NCBI GenBank assembly: GCA_002269645.1
Contig: NIVC01000946.1
Span: 186,001 to 250,000 of the forward strand
Origin: Macrostomum lignano
Lineage: Eukaryota
Length of the DNA: 64,000 nucleotides
Direction of reading: 5' to 3'
In this document: positions 12,401 through 24,400 of the stretch, one piece after another
Layout: every line of letters starts with the position of its first letter
How positions within the stretch are numbered: position 1 is the stretch's first letter
The notes under the pieces: model-generated
The model's database searches: none
The model's input: only the letters and a program-made list of their open reading frames with translations
Told to the model about the DNA's origin: nothing
Program-made: the position numbers and the translations under genes

Positions 12401-15400
12401 GTCACAGCACTGATACAGGTGTCACAGCACTGATACAGGTGTCACAGCACTAATACAGGTGTCACAGCACTGATACAGGTGTCACAGCACTAATACGGGT
12501 GTCACAGCACTAATACAGGTGTCACAGCACTGATACAGGTGTCACAGCACTGATACAGGTGTCACAGCACTGATACAGGTGTCGCAGCACACATACAAGT
12601 GTCACAGCACTAATACAGGTGTCGCAGCACAAATACAGGTGTCGCAGCACTAATACAGGTGTCGCAGCACTAATTCAGGTGTCACAGCACTAATACAGGT
12701 GTCACAGCACTAATACAGGTGTCGCAGCACTGATACAGGTGTCGCAGCACTGATACAGGTGTCGCAGCACTGATACAGGTGTCGCAGCACTAATACAGGT
12801 GTCGCAGCACTGATACAGGTGTCGCAGCACTGATACAGGTGTCACAGCACTAATACAGGTGTCACAGCACTAATACAGGTGTCACAGCACTAATACAGGT
12901 GTCACAGCACTAATACAGGTGTCGCAGCACTGATACGGGTGTCACAGCACTGATACAGGTGTCACAGCACTGATACAGGTGTCACAGCACTAATTCAGGT
13001 GTCGCAGCACTAATACAGGTGTCGCAGCACTAATACAGGTGTCGCAGCACTAATACAGGTGTCGCAGCACTAATACAGGTGTCGCAGCACTAATACAGGT
13101 GTCGCAGCACTAATACAGGTGTCGCAGCACTAATACAGGTGTCGCAGCACTAATACAGGTGTCACAGCACTAATTCAGGTGTCGCAGCACTAATACAGGT
13201 GTCGCAGCACTAATACAGGTGTCACAGCACTGATACAGGTGTCACAGCACTGATACAGGTGTCACAGCACAAATACAGGTGTCACAGCACTGATACAGGT
13301 GTCACAGCACTGATACAGGTGTCGCAGCACTGATACAGGTGTCACAGCACAAATACAGGTGTCACAGCACTGATACAGGTGTCACAGCACTGATACAGGT
13401 GTCACAGCACTGATACAGGTGTCACAGCACTGATACAGGTGTCACAGCACTGATACAGGTGTCACAGCACTGATACAGGTGTCACAGCACTGATACAGGT
13501 GTCACAGCACTGATACAGGTGTCACAGCACTGATACAGGTGTCACAGCACTGATACAGGTGTCACAGCACTAATACAGGTGTCACAGCACTGATACAGGT
13601 GTCGCAGCACTGATACAGGTGTCTCAGCACTAATACAGGTGTCGCAGCACTGATACAGGTGTCACAGCACTAATACAGGTGTCACAGCACTAATACAGGT
13701 GTCACAGCACTAATATACGAGCTCGTAAGTGTCCTGGAGCATGTACTGACACGCACTGAGCCGTAAACACTGGCCCCCTTCACACTTGGTTTGGTTTTGG
13801 CTGAAAAGAACCTTTAACATGCAATCAGAGTTCTCTGAACTTTTATTAACATGCCAAATTTGGCCAAATCCGCCACAGACTGTATGCAGCCGCTGCTTCC
13901 CGGCGTCCCGGGCCAGCTGACCGCCAGCATCAGCACCAACAGGCGAGCCTCTTACTACAGGCCTGAGGACTCCATCGTGGGCAGTTCCGTTCGGGTCAGA
14001 AGTGAGTAGTACTCAGCAATAGCGACTCTCCTACAATCAGTAGCACTCAGCAACTCTCCTACTATCAGTAGCACTCAGCAACTCTCCTACAATCAGTAAC
14101 ACTCAGCAACTCTCCTACAATCAGTAGCACTCAGCAACTCTCCTACAATCAGTAGCACTCAGCAACTCTCCTACAATCAGTAGCACTCAGCAACTCTCCT
14201 ACTATCAGTAGCACTCAGCAACTCTCCTACAATCAGTAACACTCAGCAACTCTCCTACAATCAGTAGCACTCAGCAACTCTCCTACAATCAGTAGCACTC
14301 AGCAACTCTCCTACTATCAGTAGCACTCAGCAACTCTCCTACTATCAGTAGCACTCAGCAACTCTCCTACTATCAGTAGCACTCAGCAACTCTCCTACTA
14401 TCAGTAGCTTTTAGCAACTCTCTTATTATCAATAGTATTTAACTCTCCTACTTTTTGTACCTTGTACCCAGGGTTGTTGGTTGTTTTTCTTTCTACAACC
14501 TTCAAACCGCGTACCTTCCTACTATCATCAGTAGCATTATGCGGATTCAAAAACCCTAATTTCTCTTCCCACCGCTATTCGCAGCGCCGTGCGCGATGCA
14601 GAGAGCCGAGTCCGCCGACTTTGTCCATTCGCTAAACGTTACTGAGGCCGGCGTCGCCTGTCTGCCGTGGACCAGCGCCCAAGTTAGCGGAGCCAGAGAT
14701 TACAAAAGCTACTGCCTCAGTCGTAAGCGCTGGAGCTAATTTTAAGCTCGTGTGCCTTGAAAGCGAATACATATTTGCCTGCTAATTTTACAACGAAATC
14801 ATTTCAGGAACTAATTACGATCGAAGTCCCGAGTGCTACATTACAGCATCGGCAACAGACTTTAGTGTGCAGCGGGACTGCTGTAAGATTCATTGGCTAG
14901 TCTTGTCTTCTCCCTTGCCTAGATTACACGAGAAGCACAGACAGCAAACACTCATCCACAATGTCCAGCACCGCACAGCACCAAAAAGCCCTACTTAACC
15001 TGTCTCAAAAATCTACAAAAATAAATCCCACATGCATGTACCATTGTATAAGGACGTTGAGGCTCTACCAAACCGCGCTGAACTCTCATCAAAGCTGGTA
15101 TTTCTCCAAATTCTCACCTCAGTTCTCAGTTACGCGCCACAGCGTCTCAGCTTGAACTCGGCCAACGCCGCCGCCTACAAAACCATCACGTTTAATGGCA
15201 AATCGGTCGACAGCGCAACCATCGATTCCAACGGCTTTTTAACTATCAGCACCCAGCCATTGTCAACCAGCGTGACCGCCTATCGATTGTACTACTTGCT
15301 CATCGACTTGAAGATTGAGCACACAATCGTTGGACTGGATATTACCCTTGGTTAGAAACCTTATTGATTCCTTATTTGCGCTTGTTTCTGTTTTCAAACA

Positions 15401-18400
15401 AAGAGCTCTTAAACTCAGACAAGAAACTTCCCGTCCCGACAACATAATTATCAGCAAATCTGCAGTACGGTCTCAAAGCCAAGTACGCCACCGAATGGAA
15501 CGCATCGGCGGGCGAGGAGGCCTTCAACGATTGGGCATTGTGCGACAGTCTCGAAGTGCCGCTAGCCTCTCTAAGGCAGGTCAGCCTGTCTTGCCCACCC
15601 GGCGGCGTCACTGGGCGATACCTGGCTGTGTTGAAACCGGCGGAGCTCGGCTTTATGCGGTTGGAATCGCTGATGGTTTATGCTGAGGAAGGTGAGTTGC
15701 TGCGGTAGAGAAGTACATGTAGGTCAAATGATTTCCTTCCAAATATTAATGCCTTTTCTGGCCTAGTGCCAAAGTCGGTCACATGTAGCTGCCTATCCAG
15801 GTTTAGTGTCTCAAGTTTGATCACATGTAGCTTTCATGTAGCTGTCTATCCTGGTGTAGGGTTGGTCACATGTAGCTTTCATGTAGCTGTCTATCCTGGA
15901 GTAGTGTCTCAAGGCTGGTACCGTACGTACAGGTTGTGGTCACATTTTCAGTTAACGACCTGGACGACATGGTCCCGAAACGAGTCGAATGGATGCCAGA
16001 CGATGTGATCAGAGCGGCAATGGCCAACAACAGCGTGGAATTCCTGTGCCGGTTTCGGCAGCGCAAACTAAAAGTCTGGTTTACTGACCAGTTCGGCTAC
16101 CTGGAGGCCATGACAAATGTAAGCATGAAGGGTAGTTTATAATCTTTTGAAAAGACAACATATGCTATAAACTGGCCCATATATATATGGCAAGAAATGG
16201 TAGAGAGCCTCACTGCAACGACTTGATGTCACCCAATGAAAACCTTCTAGAAACGCTACGTAATCATTCTGGAAGGCGTCAGTTCTGACACTGTGCAGTT
16301 CGTCGGCGCTCGTATTGAGCACAGAGACTACTCAGTGCCGGAGTCTTTTTACACATTAGCTAACATCAGCGCTAGCCTGGTTGCCAACGCGACCGGAGTT
16401 GCTACGGACGATTTCCAACCGGTTCAGGTCACCTGGCAGCTGTCCGCTTCCGGCATTCAGCTGGCGGTTAGAGTCGCCAATCAACTGGTGGGCGTCTGCC
16501 AGGACTCGAACTTCAGCTTGGCCGCCATCAGGAAGCTTGGCTATTCGAGCGATGCGCCACCCGACGGAGCAACAAGTCTGCAGGTGGCGTTTCCTCAAGT
16601 TCAAAGCTACAAGACAATGGGCTGTCATCGGGAGCCCTACTATTCCGCCACCGAGAGAGTCTATGTACAGGTGAGTTTACGCTGTAGTTAACTTGCTCTT
16701 ACAAGGCAAAGCAACACTAGCAGTAGACAAATACATAAACACGGTTGTTTTTTGTTTATAGCTACGATAGTTTGTCACGCAAAACTATCTGGAATCGGAG
16801 CAATCACACAGGTGCATCCTGGAAAACAAATTTAATGCTCAAATTCATACCGATTTTTGAGTTCTCATTGCTGAAAAAACGATTCTCCAATCACGCCCAG
16901 GTGAGCTTCAGCCGGCCAGCAACGCTAATGTGGATCACCGTTCAGGGTGGCAACGCTAGAAACGTTATATCAGGAGCGACCTATATGACTTACGTCTACT
17001 CGTATGTGCTGTACTTTAGCGAGACTGGCAACTATTGGAGACCATTCCAAGAGCGACTGGTGAGTCGATAACTGCATTCTAATTAACAATTAGTAACAAA
17101 CCACTCGTCGCTTGGATACCGAAAAACTTTTGATCCCAGGAAATCATGGCCAACCGGCACCAGCGCGCGGTGGCCAGTCTGCGCTTCCAGCCCAACCAGT
17201 TGGCCGAGCACCTCCGACTTTATCGAGTTACCGGACAGTCGGTTGGCGAGCTGCGCTTGCAATTGTACGGCTGTCCGGCAGGTAAGCTGACTCGGGGGGG
17301 GGCTGTGGAAGGTCTTATAAATATTGGTATTCTCAAGATATGATCCTTCAGTATTTCGTAGACTGAGTACTTCGTAGGCTGCGTAATTTTTAGGCTGAGT
17401 ATAGATACTCAGCAACATTGAAAAGTCGCCCCCTTTGCCCCAGTGAGCAGTGTCTTTCGACCAGCCTCTATCACCTGGCCAACCATTTTGATATTAAAAA
17501 TGCTTGAAAAAACAATGAAAACCGGGCGGAAGCTTCAATCCATCCAGTCTTCGCCCTCGTCCGCTCTTCCCAATCCCTCCTCACCCAGCCCAACTCTGCG
17601 TCGCGTGGCTAGAATTTACTGCGCACTCTCAAAGGTGGTGACATTTTAGTGTTGTTGATGAGGATACTTAGCAACAGTAAAAAGTAGAAGCTCTAGCGAG
17701 AGGCCAACCGCAAACACGTAGCGAGTGCGTGAATTTCTCTGTCTTTTACTTCAATCGCGAGTGTCACGAAAGTCGCCTCTCGCTAGGGGTGCGAATTTGG
17801 ACTGTTGCTGAGTGGTATCGATATGTGTGAGCTTGCGCAACCAACCACAAAACCCACCTCTCGAACCTCCAAACTGTGCAGACGCGAGCGAAGCCCGCTT
17901 GCGCTCCTACCTTCAGTCGCGCTTCAAACGCGTTCATGTCGACTCCGGCAGCACCGCCGGCCGCGGCAACGACGGCTCCCTTAGCGGCTTCTTCGGCAAC
18001 GGCGGCGTTTACCAGAGCGACATTGAGCAGTACTCAACAGATTACCTGTACTGGATGGTGGACCTCGGCCAGTTCACCTACATAACATTCATCAGGGTAG
18101 TGGATGCCATCGAGAATCTGGGTTAGTCAGTTATAAAATATGCTAGTTCTACATGTATTCAGGGGCTGTGGTGCTGTGGCAAAGTCAGGCATGTGCATTT
18201 TGGCACTGTATGCCTGCCACATCCGAGGGCTGCTGCATACACCTTGTGCAGTGCTGAAGTCTGCGTGCGGGGGTCCTAACTCAGAGCTCAGAGCTGCTAC
18301 CCGATTACAGCAGGGTGCTCCGAAGCTTAGTTCAACTGGCCAATTAATCACTGAGGTTGCCTTAATGAGTAACCAAGGCCAACTCTGCTCAAATTGCAAG

Positions 18401-21400
18401 ACTGGCGGTTGGTGAGCTGGTAACCAACCATCTTAACGTGCTTCCATGTATGTCCCAATGTTTTATGTGCTTATCTAAATGTCCAGCTTGAAATTAACTG
18501 TCGGTACAAATTGTGTGATCACGCGATGCTACTCGAAGTAACCGCCGAACCAGGTCTTCATAGACAAATTATGTTAAACTACGATTGGTCACATCAAGAT
18601 CGGTTGTCAGAGCAACCCCCCTTCCCCTTGTTTCTCAACAGACGCTTACGGAGGTGACGTGTGCAGCACCAGCACATCCGTGTACTCGTACTACGGCATG
18701 CAAAATGTTACGGCAAACGGAATCCCCTGCCAAAATTGGAGCTCGAATTCTCCGCAAACTGTATCTGCCAGGTGCCAAGTAGACACGTACTTTCCGGGAA
18801 CCAACAGGAGCGCTTCTGTGAATTACTGCAGAGACTGCAACGGCAACGGTTATAAAGGCTGCTACACCACAGATCCCGCTGTTCCCTACGCCAGCTGCAA
18901 CATTTTCGCTTGCTCCCGGGACAACATGAAGTTCGGTGAGCAGGGCAAGGTTGGTTTTTAAGTACATAGCCAGTCTGGGTGACACAGATATATATAGGTC
19001 GATTTTTATATGACATAAAGGTCGTAGGCTATTGCTATATTCAGTGCCGGATTGGGGGGGGGGTCGCCACATGCACCCGTGAGTGCAGCAAGGACCATAG
19101 ACTGGCCAAGCTTTTCTTTTGCGTGGTCTTTTAAAGGCTATAAAATCAAGGAAATTTAGATAAACTGAACTGTCGATGGTCCTTGCTGCACTCAGTCAGT
19201 GTGTAATATTTCATTGCCAAACGACCCTATCTGCGATAATCAATGGAATGAGTGCGAGACATTTTGCCATAGACAGGCGCATTACCGCACGCTGACTACC
19301 AGAGAGAACAAGTCATAAGCTTACTAGCGCAAGGAAATGAAATGGAGGCATTAAGCGCGACACCCAAAGCAATAAACATGTTGGATCTGTCCTGGTTTCT
19401 TTGAGTAAATGATCAGCGGTCTAACCAGTGATGAAATCGCGAAGCAAGTCCAACTATGTGATAGAAATTCAGAGATTGAGAAGAAGATCATGTTTGATGA
19501 CTCGGACGAGAATATAGACGGACTAGCTACAATTGAGGAACTTTCTGCGTTGTTGCCGGATACAACTCGATCCATCGACTTCACTGAGTCTGTCGCTGCC
19601 GTCGCTTCGACGACAGACAGGCTTACTGCAAACTGTATTACGGCGAATGAGAGGGTGGAAAACCAGACTACTCTACCAAGTGCAGGGTTTAGATTGGAGT
19701 TTAGCGGCTCGTTCCAGAATTGCACATTTCAGTTTAGGGGAAACTAAGCTTTAGACTAATTTTAACGGCCCCTGGTAAACATGTATGTCCGTTCCTGTTT
19801 GTCCGACATAGTGACACGATGAACTTTGCCATAGGTTGCATGCACTGAAGTGTTGACTCACTAGCAGTGGCGATTGTTATTGACCGGGCTTAGAGATTTG
19901 TATGGTATTGTATTCAACCCCACCCCATGCGCGCGCTTGAATCTGTCTGCACCCACCAGTCCACCACCTCATTGCTAACTAAATCAGCCTAGCTCCCAAG
20001 CGAGCACCTTTTCTCACTCCTGCAATCAAACACTACTGCCTCAGTTATTAAAGATATCACAGAGCCTACTTCAAGTAAAACAGCAAAACGCCATCAACCA
20101 TTGTCACACGTACGCTCGTAAGTGGGCTACGGGCATGGATGAATGAATAGAATGGATTGCTATTCTGGCTCTGGCTATTTTCGTTTTTGACTCTTTTGCA
20201 TCCGGTTCCCCCCCGTGCCTTTTCATTGGTTGATGATTGCCATAGACAATTTTCGGCCTTCGCCCCTTTCTTTCGATGCACAAGCGCTTTCGCTCGTGTT
20301 TTGAAATAAAGGGGGAAGACCTACAAGCACGATTCGAGAGTCGATTCGTCTACAATAAAATCAGTTCTTTGCGCTTGTGCATCGAAAGAAAGGGGCGAAG
20401 GCCGAAAATTGTCTATGGCAATCATCAACCAATGAAAAGGCACGGGGGGGAACCAGATGCAAAAGAGTCAAAAACGAAAATAGCCAGAGCCAGAATAGCA
20501 ATCCATTCTATTCATTCATCCATGGCTACGGGTCGTTTGGGCATATTGTATCGTCATAGACAATGATTAGTTTTAGCCGCTCTTGGCTTAGACTCATTGA
20601 TGTTGCTCAGATGCTATGATGTAGAAGCTCACAAGGAATGCTGACAACTTCCGGCTTACGCATTTGCTTTAAAAATTTCCTTCGAGATTAACAATTTTGA
20701 ATGTACAAACCCAAAAGCCAAAAGCACGTGTTTAAATAACAATTTTTACTCCTTTTTTGTTTCCTTCCGTAGCCTTCCGAAATCGTAGCCAATTATAATT
20801 GGTCAATTTCAATCTCTTTCGCAATTATTATCTAGCGTCAGAAAAGTGCATCATATAGAAGATGATTTAAAGCTTATCGAATCCGGCGAGTGTTACGAAT
20901 ATAAACAATTTTGTGATGCAAATATATTTGTTGCAGTAATAAAACCGTTACAAAATGCAGAGCGTAGTCAAAGTTGCCGTTAAAATAAGCATAAAATTAT
21001 GAATCAATTTTTGGAGAAGCCCAACTCCTTCAAGAGACCAGCATCCAGGTACTTCTTGACGATGCTGTAGAAGCACTTCCTGGCGCAGTCGTCATCCTCG
21101 ATGTCGCACTGGCAGTCGGCCGGCAAGTCGACCAGAACGCGCAGCTTGGCCAGGGTGGCAGTCAGCTCGGCAGGCTTCAAGAATTGGGCCAAGAGGTCGC
21201 AGTTCTGGTCCTCGATCAGGCACGGCTTGAACCCAGCCTCGACGCCCTGGATGGCAGTCTGTGCAGCGGCTTTGGCGGTCTGAAGTTTGAACATTTCAAT
21301 GCACAAAGGGTCAAGTTTCAAGGCAACGCCTGAAAGCATTTCTAATAATTAGATCGGTAATAAATGCACTGTGCGAACCTCTGCATCGCCTCCCATGGAC

Positions 21401-24400
21401 AGAGAGATCCAGGCCGCACTGACGGCAGAGGACTTCACCAGGTAGTTGTACACGCAGCCGCGCAGACACTTCGCCTCGGAGAGGTCGCAGCTGCACCGAT
21501 CGGTCAGTTCAATGCTCCGGAAAATCTTAAGCACGATCCGGCCTCGTCTGAAGTCCAGGGAACCGTCCGGAGGGCAGTTGAAGTCTTTCAGGATGCAGTC
21601 TTGCAGTGACGCCGCCAGCCCCTCGTCTGCCAAAGACTCCAGGTGCACCAGGTGCGCCGAGCGGCGATACAACGCATGTGCCATTGGCGAGCCAGAGACT
21701 GGCTCCTGACCAAGGAAGCAAGCAAGAGGGCCGTGACAAACCAACATCTCTCACTCGTGCATGCATCAGTCTAGAAAGCAGTTTATTTAATAGCTAGAAT
21801 AAAAAATGACCAGAAAATACTCACAGTATCATTAAAGCCGACAGCGATAAGCAAGAACAGAGACAGGTATCCGCGCATGGTCACTGATGGAGCACCTTGG
21901 ACTAGAGCCTAAAAACTGCCGGTGTACAAGCGTAGATATTGACTGGAGCGGCTGACTGTGCGTGGCTGGCTGACTGCTGAGTGGGCCAGTTGTATTTATA
22001 CACTTTCCTTAACGATAGAATCTTGCGTACTCCAACTGCTCGCTCAAATACAGCCCCCCCCATTACCTGGTGAAAAACCCAGAAAAAACCCTGCTGTCTG
22101 CTGAATAAAAGCTTAGCTTAGCTAGTCTCATCTCTGTGCCCTAACACTGTGTTGGAGCTTCTCTCTGCGCTGATTGGCTGGCGGCCTCGCGTGAAACGTA
22201 AAACTTTTCTACCCTTGTCGCACCCACCCCAAAACCAGCTAGAGGGCAAGAGCACTCTGCCCTCTAGCTGATGGGCTATTGGTTATACGCTCGTAGCCAA
22301 CTTTTGCAATTGGTCAGCCAGAACCAGTACTCGGTTTGCCGGTTTGGCGGAGCGAAGGATGCTCTACAAACTGAACATTTTTACCTTCTCAATCAACAGA
22401 AAATAAACTATACAAACTATTTAAAAGCTTGCTCATTTTGGAACGGCAGAGATTCGTTTTGAAACAGTTTAAATTAATAAACTTGTTTTTAACAGACCAG
22501 TAATTTAACAGACGTATAGTTTTTACGATCTCGATATACTTTTGGGACGAATAAGTAACTACGAGACTTTTTACTTTCTCCAAAGTCCTCTTGGCTCAGA
22601 GACACGAAACGAGGGTTTTCTCTTGGTAAATTAACACCCAGACTTACTAATACTCATATATTATCAGCGCTGACCACTGTAAAAAATGGTTTTGCTAATT
22701 TGAAGACTTTTATATTACTGTCAGTAACAAAGGAGAGTTTTTTTACACATAACACAAAGCACTTTGTATTTGAAAATTTTGGTTCATTGCTTTTTTTCAA
22801 ATGATTCGTCGATTCTAACATTCATTCGACAGACTACGAAGAGCTGGACTATGCTGAGATTATCCTAGCAAACGCTTCGTCTCCGACTGACTCGAGCGTA
22901 GAGGTGTTGGCTAAGCGAGGCCAAGGCTACATCAAGGAGCACTTCTGGAGCGTGGAGACGTTTCGGGTAAAAAATCAGCTGGTATTCTGACTGACTCACA
23001 AATAAAACTACTGTAAATTGATGTGAAAATAAACCTGATTTTAACTTTAATAGATTGCTCGATTTGCCGGCGTCAGAAAGTCCACGTTCTATCGCCGACG
23101 CTTGTCATTTGCTGAGTTTGAGGTGTACGGCTACCCGAGAGTCTGTACGTATCCTGTTGGAATAGACTGAGTATTCCGTAGACTGAGTATTCCGTAGACT
23201 GAGTATTCCGTAGACTGAGTATTCCGTAGACTAAGTATTCCGTAGACTGAGTATTCCGTAGACTGAGTATTCCGTAGACTGAGTATTCCGTAGACTGAGT
23301 ATTCCGTAGACTGAGTATTCCGTAGACTGAGTATTCCGTAGACTGAGTATTCCGTAGACTAAGTATTCCGTAGACTGAGTATTCCGTAGACTGAGTATTC
23401 CGTAGACTGAGTACGCTCGTATTCCGTAGACTGAGTATTCTATAAACAGCATAAACCTGATTTAACTGTATCTATTACCACATCTGACTTAAACCTCTAA
23501 ATAAACTCACACAGCCGATCCTCAGTTGTTGAGCAATCCAGTCGGGCTGGAGGATGGTGCAGTGCAGGTAAACCAACTGGATCTCAGCGACTCTCTCGGG
23601 CCATCAACAATGGTGCCAACTGAGCACGCGGCCACCTGCATGCTGCGGTTGAATGCCAAGCAGCTGCCGGGACTTCCACCGGCGATGTACTTTTATAAAG
23701 GTGGATATTTTATAAATGTGGGAGGGTGCTGTAGCCCAGTGGTTAGAGCGTCGGACCCCCGATCCCACTGGAACACTTTGTGTCCTTGAGCAAGACAGTT
23801 AACTCTGAATTGCTTCAGTTCACCCAGCTGTAAAAAGGGTTACCAGCATTAGCTGGGATAATTGAGGGTGTGTGGCGACCTCCCAGTCCTTGGACTGAAC
23901 AGCCGTACGCAGCCTTCAGATGCGCCGCGCGATAGCTGCGGCTGAGCTGTCGGTTGCACATCTGGCCCAATGTGTACAGATGTAATCAATTATAAATTAA
24001 TTGGTACTATTAATATAGGTGGAAAAAATCGATGCTATCTAGAGATTGAGTTTCAATTGACTAAACACGAGCCTCCAAAACACTTCAGTTGGCATCACGC
24101 TCGACATCAACCTGCCAGTCCGGCATCGGATAAGCGGTCTGGTGACGCAGGGAGGCGGTTTGTTCGACAGCACAAATAAGTGGATGGCCTACGTGACCGA
24201 GTTCCAGCTACTGTACGGCGACGATCCCAGAGTTTTGCGGCCGTACAATTCATTTTCTACTGGCAGTAGTGTAGAAAGCATCGTAAGTATTAGTTTATTC
24301 TAATTGAGACTAAAATTTCCACTATCGTTTAAACATGGCAAGAGATGGTCGGCTTCAACTCTTAAAATGTTGTTGTTATTATTATTATTATCAATTTTGC

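Noticed and set aside
18140-18415. Cys-rich ORF as the missing second half of the FTP domain
   Set aside because: No GRYV/CEVEV-type motif in any frame and splice phases are ambiguous; remains the main alternative to the kringle-insertion model.
20066-20566. Two near-identical ORFs on opposite strands (MHRKKGAK...)
   Set aside because: A consequence of the MITE inverted arms; no coding signature.
22271-22462. ORF as the first half of another FTP domain
   Set aside because: No W.VDL motif, AT-rich composition and no suitable donor.
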